64,000 nt of DNA from Nitrospirota bacterium (GCA_029261155.1 JAJDBW010000038.1:7706-71705); one strand, 5' to 3'. Positions 1-9,307 are shown, counted from the stretch's first letter. Notes: a model not told the origin generated them from the letters alone. A program made the numbers and translations.

Positions 1-362
1 CCCTGAAAGCGGGGCTATTGGAGATCGGGGATGTCCTTGCGATTAATAAGGGCGATTTAGCGGCGACTTCGATCCTTGCTCAAACATTGGAAAGCCTTGA
101 AGCCCAGCGCCCAATGTTCCAAGTTTCTGCCGAATCTGGAAAGGGGATGACGATCTTATTGAGCGCCTTACAGAAAAAAATGAAGGCCAATGGCTCGGAT
201 CCTGCGAAAAAAAAGCGCTTTATTCGCGAAGAGCTCAGCGTTTTTCTCCAAGAAAAAATTTTGATCGCCCAAGAGGAGACCTGTTTTTCGGATAAGACCT
301 TAGAAGCGATACTGAAACGGACAAAAAATCCCTACAGCCTGATCGAATCATTGGATCTTTAA
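1..362 (+). CDS. G3E-family P-loop GTPase (MeaB/ArgK-like), C-terminal fragment; 5' end lies outside the window
   Basis: The frame is open from the window edge (LKAGLLEIGDVLAINKGDL...). It contains an NKxD-type guanine-specificity motif (INKGD) followed by a helical tail, as in LAO/AO-transport / methylmalonyl-CoA-mutase accessory GTPases. Stop at 360-362. Confidence 0.6.
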   Translation, partial: LKAGLLEIGDVLAINKGDLAATSILAQTLESLEAQRPMFQVSAESGKGMTILLSALQKKMKANGSDPAKKKRFIREELSVFLQEKILIAQEETCFSDKTLEAILKRTKNPYSLIESLDL

Positions 363-410
363 AGAGGGAATGGGACAGGGGGCTTGGGCTACTTATCCAA
401 CAAGGTCGGT

Positions 411-998
411 CTATGAGCGTTTCTTGAGTTCCAGAATGACCATTTTGGCCACTTCTTTGAGGGTTTCGAAGACGCCAGTGCCTTTAGGGGCGACAGCTTC
501 ATAAGAAGGAACTTTTCTGGGGTTGAGGATGCGTTCCATTTCATCAAGGGGAACGACGTTGGGCAGGTCACGCTTGTTGTATTGAATGATGTAGGGCAGA
601 TTCTCGAGTTCGTAGCCTTGTTCCTTTAAATTCTTACTCAAGTTCTCCAAGCTTTCAATATTGGCTTCGGTCCGTTCGACTTGAGAGTCGGCCACAAAGA
701 TTACGCCGTCGATACCGCGAAGTATGAGCTTCCTGCTGGCATCGTAAAAAATTTGGCCGGGAACCGTGTAGAGGTGAAAACGAACCTTGAATCCTTTGAT
801 ACTACCGAGAGCGAGCGGGAGAAAGTCAAAGAAGAGCGTCCGTTCCGTTTTTGTGGCCAGCGAGATCATCTTTCCTTTGCTGTCTGGATTTACCTTGTTA
901 TAGATGTAATGTAGGTTGGTGGTCTTTCCGCAGAGTCCAGGCCCGTAATAGACAATTTTGCAACTGATTTCGCGCGCGGAATAATTAATGAAAGACAC
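411..998 (-). CDS. mglA: Ras-like small GTPase MglA (cell-polarity / gliding-motility type)
   Basis: 195 aa with P-loop GPGLCGKTT, TVPGQ switch-II variant and NKRD G4 motif. It resembles MglA end to end and lies directly downstream of a Roadblock/LC7 gene, as in mglBA operons. Confidence 0.9.
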   Translation of the reverse strand: MSFINYSAREISCKIVYYGPGLCGKTTNLHYIYNKVNPDSKGKMISLATKTERTLFFDFLPLALGSIKGFKVRFHLYTVPGQIFYDASRKLILRGIDGVIFVADSQVERTEANIESLENLSKNLKEQGYELENLPYIIQYNKRDLPNVVPLDEMERILNPRKVPSYEAVAPKGTGVFETLKEVAKMVILELKKRS

Positions 999-1092
999 AC
1001 TACCCTCCTAGAATATTCGCTTGGCCGCGTGGATTTCCTCTATTGGGAATGAACTGAGGAGAAGAATATGGACCATCACGAAACGATCTTTT

Positions 1093-1584
1093 TTAGCTGA
1101 ACAGATTCTCAATGTCGTCTTCTGTGATTTCCGTGAAAAATGTGGCGCCCTCTTTTGTATGGCTTGAGGTTTCCATTTTTTTAATTAAGTTCGCCAAAAT
1201 ATCACTGAGGACGATAACGCTTTTCTTCGCCCTTAAACGCACCAAGCCGAGAGATGAACGGTTGTCGAAAATAATGACAAGAATAGCCCGTTGTCCGACG
1301 AGAGAGATATGGATGTTGTCTTTGACGCCTTCGTGAAAAAGGAGCGAAAACTCTTTTTCGCCGAGAAGCTTCGCCATACCTCCCGTTGCGGCGATGTTGC
1401 CGGCAGTCAGGGAAGCCAGGGATGTGGTATCGATATTTGCCGTTTCCCCTACGCTGGCGATCAGTTGTCCGTCTTTGTCCACAAGGAAGGAGACTTTGGC
1501 GTTGGCAAGCTGGTTTAACCTGACGAGTTCCGTATCAATCAGTTTGTAGTCTTCGTCGTAAAGTACCAAGCCTTGGTTGATCAT
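1093..1584 (-). CDS. mglB: Roadblock/LC7-domain protein MglB (GAP of MglA)
   Basis: 163 aa with a Roadblock/LC7-like pattern (VSFLVDKDGQLIAS ... LTAGNIAATGGMAKLLGE). Co-oriented, 94 nt upstream of mglA. Confidence 0.85.
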   Translation of the reverse strand: MINQGLVLYDEDYKLIDTELVRLNQLANAKVSFLVDKDGQLIASVGETANIDTTSLASLTAGNIAATGGMAKLLGEKEFSLLFHEGVKDNIHISLVGQRAILVIIFDNRSSLGLVRLRAKKSVIVLSDILANLIKKMETSSHTKEGATFFTEITEDDIENLFS

Positions 1585-1689
1585 AGTCCCATATCCTCAA
1601 AAATCGGTATAAATCTCAGCCTTTTATTTATACCACTGGAAAGGGACTTGCGCAAATAGGATGATGAGGTTGTGGGGGAGGGTAAGACC

Positions 1690-1929
1690 TTAATCGACCG
1701 TGGGATCAAAATTATCCACTTCATTGATCCGTTCGATGAAGTGATCTGCCCATGTGAGATAAATTCGTCCGGCATCTTTCATTGCGAGGATGCCCTTTTT
1801 CAGGCTACTCAGATCGTCTTCATCAGCCTCTTGTTGTCGGAGATTTTCCAGTTTTTCCTCAAATAAGTGATTGAGTTTTTCCATTGAATTCATAATATCC
1901 GATAAAGACTGTTTTACGTCACCAGGCAT
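1690..1929 (-). CDS. small acidic coiled-coil protein, unknown function
   Basis: 79-aa ORF rich in heptad-like E/L/K stretches, co-oriented upstream of mglB. No family recognised. Confidence 0.5.
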   Translation of the reverse strand: MPGDVKQSLSDIMNSMEKLNHLFEEKLENLRQQEADEDDLSSLKKGILAMKDAGRIYLTWADHFIERINEVDNFDPTVD

Positions 1930-2008
1930 GCCTTGTCTCCATGTTTAGATGATAAAAAAACCCATCACTATGGGAGTGATGGGTTTAAAAACCGAGGCGC
2001 TATCAAGA

Positions 2009-2221
2009 TTACCGATGGACCAAGCGGATGGCATTGTGTTTTGCCGCGCTGCAGACCACGACACAGAGTTCACATCCTTTACAACTTGGCTCGATAACCT
2101 TTGCGACCTTCTTTTCCGCGTCAAATAAGATGGTATTGGCTTCCGGGCAATACATAATACACAGACGGCAACCCTTGTGGGCGACACAGTCTTCGTCAAT
2201 GACTTCTGCAACTGCATACAT
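2009..2221 (-). CDS. 2-oxoacid:ferredoxin oxidoreductase delta subunit (2x[4Fe-4S] ferredoxin-type)
   Basis: 70 aa with two Cys clusters, CX5CX2CX3CP (CVAHKGCRLCIMYCP) and CX2CX2CX3C (CKGCELCVVVC). Last gene of the oxidoreductase operon. Confidence 0.85.
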   Translation of the reverse strand: MYAVAEVIDEDCVAHKGCRLCIMYCPEANTILFDAEKKVAKVIEPSCKGCELCVVVCSAAKHNAIRLVHR

Positions 2222-2248
2222 CTTAGTGGTTTCCTCCTTTATTCGTAA

Positions 2249-2938
2249 TTAAGCGAGTACAGGTGACTTAATCGTTTCAATCCATTCTGCGCCGAGCTCG
2301 TAGACCTGACGAATGGTTTCCATATTCTTTTTGAGGAGTTGTTCTTTTTTTGCAAATTTCTTTTTAATGGCTTCATCGAGCGTAGCCGTTCCACCTGAGG
2401 CGACATACTTTTTGCCGAAGCGGTCTTGGATCGCGGCTTCCATCGATTCCATGGACACCAATTTTGTTGCGCCCATCAAGGCACCCAACATGCCCATATT
2501 CGTGGCCAACTCGGTCCCGGCGATCTCGACCGCCAAAGTCGTTGCCGGCACGTTAAAGATCGGGATTTCATTTTCTTCAAAAAAACGGTAATCATCGTCG
2601 GAAAGGGCGATCGGCTTGTCCGTATTGATAATTAACATGCCGCCTTTCTTAATGCCATCGTAGAAAGGCATGGTATAGCATTTTCCCAAGGTGATGACCG
2701 TCGGATGGAAGATCATAATGACGTCGGGATAGACCAGCTCACCCCGATCGTAAATGCGTTCGCCTGCAATACGGACGTAGCTCTCTGCTGGAGCCATCCT
2801 TTTCTCGGCACCGAAGAAGGGGTTCGAGATTGCATTTTTCCCGTCTTTGGATGCAGCGGTTGCCAGCACATGGGCCGAGGTGACGACGCCTTGGCCGCCA
2901 AGACCGGACATTCTGATGTTTACCCGTTTTCTCATCAT
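2249..2938 (-). CDS. 2-oxoacid:ferredoxin oxidoreductase gamma subunit
   Basis: 229 aa with the N-terminal SGLGGQGV motif typical of POR/KOR gamma subunits. Operon context. Confidence 0.85.
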   Translation of the reverse strand: MMRKRVNIRMSGLGGQGVVTSAHVLATAASKDGKNAISNPFFGAEKRMAPAESYVRIAGERIYDRGELVYPDVIMIFHPTVITLGKCYTMPFYDGIKKGGMLIINTDKPIALSDDDYRFFEENEIPIFNVPATTLAVEIAGTELATNMGMLGALMGATKLVSMESMEAAIQDRFGKKYVASGGTATLDEAIKKKFAKKEQLLKKNMETIRQVYELGAEWIETIKSPVLA

Positions 2939-2966
2939 AAACTCCTTAAGCAGGATTTGAAAGTGC

Positions 2967-3860
2967 TTAACCTTCTGTTTGGGCGGTTACCTTTTTGCGT
3001 TTCTTCTTTGGCGCAATCGATTCAAGATAGGCCTTTGCTTCGTCGGAGATATATTCCTTAAATTCAAAGCGTTTGCCTGGGCCTTCCGAGTCTCTCATTT
3101 CCTGCAGGCCTTCCATCATCTGTTTACCAATTTCGAGTATGCAAGGCGTATAGAGCTGCACGTAGGTCGGGCCAATTTCGCGGGCAATTAAAATGGCATT
3201 CCGAATCGCTTTTTCCACGCGGTTGGGTTTGCTGACCGTGAGCATGGTCACATAGTGACAGCCGGATTGTCGCGCGATTTCGGGGAGATCGACCTTGTCG
3301 AATTTCTTTCCGGCCGGTGCCATCTTCGCGACGAAGCCCTTTTGCATTAAACCACTGGATTGACCTCCCGTGTTGGCATAGAGTTCGTTGTCAAAACAGA
3401 TTGTCGCAATCTTCTCTTGACGAAACCAGGATTGGAGTGTCATGTCCAAGCCGATGTCGACCGTGGCGCCGTCTCCGGCCAACACGACCACGTCCTTCAC
3501 CTTATCGGGAAAACGATAGGAAAGGGCACGTTTTAGTCCTGATGCGACGGCATTTTGGTTTCCAAAAAGTGAATGGATGTTATGCACGGCCACATGAGGG
3601 AACACCAAGCTGGTACATCCCGTTGAGCCGACCATGACGGTATCTTCCGGGTTCGGCAAGCAGGCCAGCACGTAACGAAAAGCGATGGATTCGGGACAGC
3701 CGGCACATAGGGAATGCTCTTCGATCATTTCTTTTGATTCGCCGACGTCTTTCCAGCCGCGACCTTCTTTACCATAGGTCGCATCTTCAACAAGCTCCTG
3801 ATATTCTTTCGGCATAATGTCGTAAAATTCGCGGTTGATTTTAATCTTTTCTTTACTCAT
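2967..3860 (-). CDS. 2-oxoacid:ferredoxin oxidoreductase beta subunit (TPP-binding)
   Basis: TPP motif VVLAGDGATVDIG...NELYANTGGQ and Cys ligands (CAGCPES, STGC). I place the start at ATG 3860, preceded by AAGGAGG, rather than at the track start 3884. It overlaps the alpha stop by 8 nt (ATGAGTAA). Confidence 0.9.
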   Translation of the reverse strand: MSKEKIKINREFYDIMPKEYQELVEDATYGKEGRGWKDVGESKEMIEEHSLCAGCPESIAFRYVLACLPNPEDTVMVGSTGCTSLVFPHVAVHNIHSLFGNQNAVASGLKRALSYRFPDKVKDVVVLAGDGATVDIGLDMTLQSWFRQEKIATICFDNELYANTGGQSSGLMQKGFVAKMAPAGKKFDKVDLPEIARQSGCHYVTMLTVSKPNRVEKAIRNAILIAREIGPTYVQLYTPCILEIGKQMMEGLQEMRDSEGPGKRFEFKEYISDEAKAYLESIAPKKKRKKVTAQTEG

Positions 3861-5052
3861 GGACGGCCTCCTTCTGGGTCGCAAGCACTTTTTTAATTTC
3901 TTCTACAATGACTTCCGGCGGCATGGTCATCCCACCGGCCACATGTGGGCCGGCAATGACACGGTGGTTGTCCGGGATACAGGCTTTAATTTCTCTGGCC
4001 ATCCATCCCGCCACGTTAAATTCAGGAACGAAGATCAATCGTGCATCTTTGGTGGCTTGCTTGATTTCTTCGTAGGGGAAGGGCCGAATGGTTTTGATTT
4101 TAACGATACCGACGCGGATACCTTCTTCCGCCAAAAGGCGGGCGGCTTCACGGCCCTGTGCCACTGCGGTTCCCGAAGAGACAATCAGGATGTCTGCATC
4201 CGAATTTTCTTCTTCGATGAGCCCACCGATGAGCCGGATGGTGTGCTTTCGTGAACGTTCGCAGGCGGCACGAGTTTCTTGCTGCCAGCTGGCTTGGGTG
4301 GCGTAACTGATGTAGTTGCTCTTCATCACGAAGGGATCGCGCATCATTCGGACCGGCGGGCTTTCCATGTCCATGCAGACCACCGGCGAACGGTAGGGAT
4401 CGTAAGTCGGGAGTGCAAGATCTGCGGAAGGGATGTAGACGTCATCCTTAGTGTGACTGACAAAAAAGCCGTCAATGCACACTGCGATGGGCAGATGCAC
4501 ATCGGGTTCTTCAGCTACAATAAACCCTTTAAGCAGGTAATCGAAGAAATCCTGTGCCGTTTCCGCATGCCAAATCAGCATGCCCGTATCGATGATGAGG
4601 CCGATTTCCAAGGTGTCGGGTTGAATGCTGAGCGGCGAATTGACGCCCCGAACCATCATATTGAGCATAATCGGAAGACGCGAACCCACCCACATCGGAA
4701 AGTTTTCATAAGCGCGGAGGGTTCCAGGACCCGAAGTCGTGGTAAAGACGCGGGCACCGCCGAAGGAGGCTCCGGCGCATTCGGACATCACGGCGAATTC
4801 GTTTTCGCCGCGAAAATATTCGCCGACATAGCCTTCCACCCAGAGGTCGCCGACCATCGCAGCCGCTTCACTTTGGGGCGTGATAGGGTAAGAAATGGAG
4901 ACATCCACGCTGGCGCGGCGAATGGCTTCCCGGACCACTTCGCTTCCCGTCATAAAATAGCGTTCCCGGGGTGCTTCGTAAAAAAGGTAATCCGGATCGA
5001 CAATCTTTTGACCGATCTTGTTTCTTGTCCCGATAAGAGATTTTGAATCCAT
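3853..5052 (-). CDS. 2-oxoacid:ferredoxin oxidoreductase alpha subunit
   Basis: 399 aa with the SYPITPQSE motif and the overall pyruvate/2-oxoglutarate:ferredoxin oxidoreductase core-domain pattern. Confidence 0.9.
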   Translation of the reverse strand: MDSKSLIGTRNKIGQKIVDPDYLFYEAPRERYFMTGSEVVREAIRRASVDVSISYPITPQSEAAAMVGDLWVEGYVGEYFRGENEFAVMSECAGASFGGARVFTTTSGPGTLRAYENFPMWVGSRLPIMLNMMVRGVNSPLSIQPDTLEIGLIIDTGMLIWHAETAQDFFDYLLKGFIVAEEPDVHLPIAVCIDGFFVSHTKDDVYIPSADLALPTYDPYRSPVVCMDMESPPVRMMRDPFVMKSNYISYATQASWQQETRAACERSRKHTIRLIGGLIEEENSDADILIVSSGTAVAQGREAARLLAEEGIRVGIVKIKTIRPFPYEEIKQATKDARLIFVPEFNVAGWMAREIKACIPDNHRVIAGPHVAGGMTMPPEVIVEEIKKVLATQKEAVHE

Positions 5053-5086
5053 TATCTCCCCCTATTCCGTTAAATGGTTGATTTGT

Positions 5087-5713
5087 CTAGGACGCTGTCC
5101 CCGCATGCGAGGCACCGTTTCCAGAGCTGGCCAATCCTTTTACTCTTTTGACTGCTTCGATCAATCTATAGGTTGAATCTGGTGTGGCATCACGAAAGGA
5201 AAGCATCGCATCTTCGTGTCCGGCTTGGGCGCACATGGCGATGGTATAACAGTTGGTTCCACCTCGGATAATTTTCAGAGAAAGATTTGCATAATGACAA
5301 TGAACCCCGACGAACATGCAGACATCTATTTTATTGTGCCAAATGGTTAAGTTGGGGTGATTGGGATTGATTTCGATCTCTGGGTTAATCTTGGGGTATT
5401 TTGGACGGTAATCGGGCATGGGAATAAGGAGTGCACCTGGATTGTGGGCTTTTAAGACCTCGTAGAGTTTGTAGATTGCACTCGCTTTTTTTGCCGACTT
5501 TTCGTTCCAATTCCATAAGACCAGGGGTCCCGGAAAAATGGTTGGGACCTTTGCTGCGAGAAACTGTCTGGCTGCCTCTTCCATGGCCACGTCTTCTTGA
5601 ACGATCTCACCATTTACATGGCCTTGGCCCGGATCTGGCAGGACATTTCCAACACAGGCTGCAGCTGGAGGCAAAAAGGCCTCCGGTCCAGGCATAACAC
5701 GATATTTTTCCAT
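5087..5713 (-). CDS. putative fifth (epsilon) subunit of a five-subunit POR/OGOR
   Basis: 208-aa ORF, first gene of the operon, ending 34 nt before the alpha start. No cofactor motif recognised. The assignment rests on size and position matching the extra subunit of Hydrogenobacter-type five-subunit enzymes. Confidence 0.55.
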   Translation of the reverse strand: MEKYRVMPGPEAFLPPAAACVGNVLPDPGQGHVNGEIVQEDVAMEEAARQFLAAKVPTIFPGPLVLWNWNEKSAKKASAIYKLYEVLKAHNPGALLIPMPDYRPKYPKINPEIEINPNHPNLTIWHNKIDVCMFVGVHCHYANLSLKIIRGGTNCYTIAMCAQAGHEDAMLSFRDATPDSTYRLIEAVKRVKGLASSGNGASHAGTAS

Positions 5714-6056
5714 TAACCCCTCTTAAACTTTAATTCAGTGAGTAAAAAAGTTCGCCAATCTTAAAGAACTATTCGAACTAGGGATGTCGCACATTTTAAT
5801 TTGGGAAACGTGTGAGGCCGAAAAGATTATGCATCGAGCGCGGTACGGTCAATCATCCCATTACGAAAAAAACGCCTTTAAAACAATGTTTTTACAGTGA
5901 CACATACCCGATTAGGATCTTGAAAAAAGGGAGTTCACGTAGTTAAATAGATATCATAGCAAACAGGCCAAGTCAAGGAGTTTTATGAGGGCTTCGGTGG
6001 GAAAAAACTTCAATGTTTATGAGATTTTGCTAAATAATTACAACATTAAACCAAGC

Positions 6057-6662
6057 CTAAGCGGGATCGATTTCTCTGCGGCCTTGTAGCGATTTTGCAA
6101 GGGTGACTTCGTCTGCATATTCCAGGTCGATGCCCACCGGGATACCGGTTGCGATCCGCGTCACCATAATGTTGAGCGGTTTGATCAAACGGCTCAAATA
6201 AAGGGCCGTGGCCTCGCCCTCGATGGTGGGATTGGTTGCAATAATGACCTCGGTGATCCCGCCTTTTTTGAGCCTCTGCATGAGGTTATCGACTGTTTGT
6301 GCCATTACTTCCGATCCAGACAAGGGCGCGAGCACGCCTAAAAGGACATGATAGAGGCCTTTGTATGCCCCGGTTCTTTCCATGGCATAGAGCGTGCTCG
6401 GCTCTTCAACAATCAAGACTTTTTGGGTGATTCGATTGGGATTTGCACAAATCGAACAAAGGGTGCCTTCCGTGACATTGTTACAAATTTCGCAAAAAGC
6501 CAGTCGATCCTTCACATCAAAAATGGCCTGTCCGATTTCTTTAGCGCCTTCCGAAGGCATCTTTAAAATAAAGAAAGCCAAGCGCTGAGCCGACTTTCGA
6601 CCGATACCCGGCAGTTTAGTCAATTGAGTGATCAGGTCTGAGAAAACACCTTTATTTTCCAT
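6057..6662 (-). CDS. recR: recombination protein RecR
   Basis: HhH motif LPGIGRKSAQRLAF, C4 zinc finger CEICNNVTEGTLCSIC and a Toprim region. I place the start at ATG 6662 (MENKG...), which abuts the ybaB stop. The track start at 6692 would overlap ybaB. Confidence 0.9.
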   Translation of the reverse strand: MENKGVFSDLITQLTKLPGIGRKSAQRLAFFILKMPSEGAKEIGQAIFDVKDRLAFCEICNNVTEGTLCSICANPNRITQKVLIVEEPSTLYAMERTGAYKGLYHVLLGVLAPLSGSEVMAQTVDNLMQRLKKGGITEVIIATNPTIEGEATALYLSRLIKPLNIMVTRIATGIPVGIDLEYADEVTLAKSLQGRREIDPA

Positions 6663-6663
6663 A

Positions 6664-6984
6664 TTAGAAAAGTCCGGGGATATTGAGTCCACCGGTCATT
6701 CCTTTCATTTCATCGGCCATTAATTCTTGGCTCTTTCTTAAGCCGTCGTTTACAGCAGCCAAGATCAAATCTTGCAGCATGTCCACATCATCCGACTTTA
6801 CCACCTCAGGGTCGATCTTAATGGAGAGCAGCTGTTGTCGTCCATTGACTTGGACGGTCACCATTCCACCACCGGAAGAGGCCTCAACCGACTTTTGCGC
6901 GGCCTCTTCTTGTAGTTTAGCCATTCGCTCCTGAAGGGCTTGGGCCTGCTTCATAATGCCGCCGAACATTTTTTTACCAGACAT
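6664..6984 (-). CDS. ybaB: nucleoid-associated protein YbaB/EbfC
   Basis: 106 aa matching the typical YbaB pattern (MMKQAQ..Q....LQEE ... GGGMVTV.VNG). Sits in the conserved dnaX-ybaB-recR order. Confidence 0.9.
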   Translation of the reverse strand: MSGKKMFGGIMKQAQALQERMAKLQEEAAQKSVEASSGGGMVTVQVNGRQQLLSIKIDPEVVKSDDVDMLQDLILAAVNDGLRKSQELMADEMKGMTGGLNIPGLF

Positions 6985-6993
6985 CGACTCTCC

Positions 6994-8772
6994 TCACTTT
7001 ATGGGTTGATCGTTTAAAACCTGTTTTGTCTCGATAAGTGTACCGCCCATTACTTTAAGGACTTCCTGAATTAAGGGGTGGCTGGCCGCAGGCTTGGCTT
7101 TTTCAGCGACAGCGCGGGGCTTCTGATGTGCAGGCGGTTCTAAGGCCTCAAGAGGCTCAATGGGCAGAGGGCGCGCGCTTTTATCTTCAGTTAAGACGAG
7201 CCTGGTCTTTTTCCCGAGATGTTTCTGAATAAAATCGTCGAGCCACTTTTTATTGTCTTCCTTTTGAATCATGGGCATTAGAAATGCGTTGTTTTCAGCA
7301 TAGAACAAGCGGATTTCATGATCGGAGTGCGTAAGAAATTGACCCTGCTCTAGGTAGGAGGCGATGTTGGGCCGCTCCTGTTTGATCGCAGAAAGAAGAT
7401 CGTTCCAATTATTCACGTCCATCCCGCCAGTTTTTTCTATTTGCGGAAGGCTGATTGTTTGGCTTTCGCTTTTTAGCGCCCCTTCCGGGCTTTTATCTTT
7501 AGCTTCTTTGGCCGTGGGTGTGGGTGCGGGCTTGTAATCCGGTGGTCTATTTTCAGAAGCGACGGAGTGATTCAGCGTGGGCGCACCTTTTGCCAATCGA
7601 TCGAAATTTTCGAGGAGGGTTTCCATGGCTTGCAGATCGGTAAGGAGGATAGCCTTCATGAGTGTAACTTCAAAAAGAAGGTAAGGCTGAGGGGTATTAC
7701 GAATTTCCCGCTGCAGTTTGATAAAGAGAGAGAACAGGCGCTGCAACGCTTCCTTTGAAAAAAGGGCGGCTTCGGCGCCGATTTCTTCGAGACTTTCTTT
7801 AGGTAGATCGATCCATTCTTCTATTCCAGGTTGTCCAGGCTGAGCGGAGGGTTCGGAAATATTCTGGAAAATAATAAGATGGCGCAGGTGCTCCAGCCAG
7901 TCATTTAAAAACTGGCGCAAGTCGCAGCCCTTATCCATAATTTCTTTCGCCAACTGGAGCGCTGCAGAGGCATCTTTGCGAACGATGGCATCGACCAGGG
8001 TGTGAAAGGCTGAAGGATCGATTCGTCCGAGCAAACTCAAGAGATCTTCATCCGATACCCTCGCACCGCTAAAGGAAATGGCCTGATCGAGCAAACTTAA
8101 GCCATCACGCATGCTTCCGTCCGAGGCACTAGCGATAAAACGCAATCCTTTTTCAGTAAATTGGGCCAGCTTTTCTTCGGCGACCCGTTGAAGCTGGTCT
8201 ACAATTTCACTTGGATTCATCCGCCGGAAACTAAAATGCTGGCAGCGTGAGAGCACGGTTGCTGGAATTTTGTGGGATTCGGTTGTCGCTAAAATAAAAA
8301 TGAGATGCGGTGGCGGTTCCTCTAGGGTTTTCAACAGCGCATTGAAGGCGGCGTTGGAAAGCATGTGGACTTCGTCGATGATGTAGATTTTGTAACGCCC
8401 GCGCAGCGGGAGGTACTTGACGTTTTCGCGCAAGTCGCGAACATCGTCCACGCCTGTATTCGAGGCACCGTCGACTTCGATCACATCAACCGATCGTCCT
8501 TCCGTGATTTCCAAGCAAAGCTCGCATTGGTTGCAGGGGACCTGATCGCCCTCTCGAAGGCAGTTGATGCCCTTGGCCAGGATCCGAGCCAGCGAGGTTT
8601 TGCCGACGCCACGAATGCCTGAAAAGAGATAGGCCTGTGCAATTTTATCTAGACGAATCGCATTGGCCAGCGAGGTCGTGACATGTTTTTGACCAATCAC
8701 CTCTTCGAAAGTTTGAGGTCGCCATTTCCGTGCAGAAACCTGATACGCAATTTTTTCGGTTTGATTTTTCAT
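6994..8772 (-). CDS. dnaX: DNA polymerase III subunit gamma/tau
   Basis: 592 aa with Walker A GIRGVGKTS, a Zn module (CLREGDQVPCNQCELC), Walker B IIDEVHML and the LSRCQ sensor motif. Confidence 0.95.
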   Translation of the reverse strand: MKNQTEKIAYQVSARKWRPQTFEEVIGQKHVTTSLANAIRLDKIAQAYLFSGIRGVGKTSLARILAKGINCLREGDQVPCNQCELCLEITEGRSVDVIEVDGASNTGVDDVRDLRENVKYLPLRGRYKIYIIDEVHMLSNAAFNALLKTLEEPPPHLIFILATTESHKIPATVLSRCQHFSFRRMNPSEIVDQLQRVAEEKLAQFTEKGLRFIASASDGSMRDGLSLLDQAISFSGARVSDEDLLSLLGRIDPSAFHTLVDAIVRKDASAALQLAKEIMDKGCDLRQFLNDWLEHLRHLIIFQNISEPSAQPGQPGIEEWIDLPKESLEEIGAEAALFSKEALQRLFSLFIKLQREIRNTPQPYLLFEVTLMKAILLTDLQAMETLLENFDRLAKGAPTLNHSVASENRPPDYKPAPTPTAKEAKDKSPEGALKSESQTISLPQIEKTGGMDVNNWNDLLSAIKQERPNIASYLEQGQFLTHSDHEIRLFYAENNAFLMPMIQKEDNKKWLDDFIQKHLGKKTRLVLTEDKSARPLPIEPLEALEPPAHQKPRAVAEKAKPAASHPLIQEVLKVMGGTLIETKQVLNDQPIK

Positions 8773-8840
8773 AATTAGGTCTTGCTTCGATTAAGAGATT
8801 CGATGAACAGAAAAACGCTTTTTAAAAAAAAGGCAGCACA

Positions 8841-8977
8841 GTAGATGTGGCTTGTGGAGAGGCCAGGCTGAACTGCGGCACACAAGAGCGCCTACTTACC
8901 GCTGCTTCCTTCCGGACCTGACGGGGTTCATAAGATCCTGTTGCACAGGGCCCGGACTCTCCACAAGCCACACCTAC
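8841..8977 (-). ncRNA. ffs: signal recognition particle RNA (small/4.5S-type)
   Basis: The minus strand reads ...CCCGUCAGGUCCGGAAGGAAGCAGCGGUAAG...GUGUGCCGCAG..., which is the conserved domain-IV motif. Terminal arms (8957-8977 vs 8841-8861) are near-perfectly complementary. The position upstream of dnaX is typical. Confidence 0.85.
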
Positions 8978-8994
8978 ATGATAGGTCGATGCGA

Positions 8995-9087
8995 TGGCGG
9001 AGAGGGGGGGATTTGAACCCCCGAGACAGCTACAAACTGCCTACACGATTTCCAATCGTGCTCCTTCAACCGCTCGGACACCTCTCC
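8995..9087 (-). tRNA. tRNA-Ser (anticodon GGA), CCA encoded
   Basis: Manual fold: acceptor GGAGAGG/CCUCUCC, anticodon stem CACGA/UCGUG with loop UUGGAAA, a long variable arm, T-loop GGGGGUUCAAAUCCCCC, and 3' GCCA. Confidence 0.9.
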
Positions 9088-9215
9088 TTTATGACTTCGT
9101 TCGATGATGCGCTTGCCTATATATTGAAGCGTATTTTTAAATTAGGGCTTCCGATCTTATATGCAGAAACCGGCCTTAAGCGATCGAATCCCTCTACGCT
9201 TGCTCTTTGTCTGAT

Positions 9216-9307
9216 TGGCGGAGAGAGAGGGATTCGAACCCCCGGTGGAGTTGCCTCCACACCTGATTTCGAGTCAGGCGCCTTCAACCGAGCTCGGCCA
9301 TCTCTCC
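9216..9307 (-). tRNA. tRNA-Ser (anticodon CGA), CCA encoded
   Basis: Manual fold: acceptor GGAGAGA/UCUCUCC, anticodon stem CCUGA/UCAGG with loop CUCGAAA, a long variable arm, T-loop GGGGGUUCGAAUCCCUC, and 3' GCCA. Confidence 0.9.

Noticed and set aside
4279-5046. 255-aa plus-strand ORF
   Set aside because: It lies entirely antisense inside the well-supported oxidoreductase alpha gene. The translation is Arg/His/Gly-rich and low-complexity, as expected for a shadow ORF in GC-rich coding DNA.
5985-6089. 34-aa plus-strand ORF after AAGGAG (MRASVGKNFNVYEILLNNYNIKPSLSGIDFSAAL)
   Set aside because: The SD-like site is strong, but the spacer is short (4 nt), the ORF runs antisense into the recR 3' end, and the sequence has no distinguishing features. 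Evidence is insufficient.
6994-8772. Possible dnaX programmed -1 frameshift (tau/gamma)
   Set aside because: I looked on the coding strand for an A-AAA-AAG-type slippery heptamer (CTTTTTT on the plus strand) and did not see one within the gene. I make no claim.
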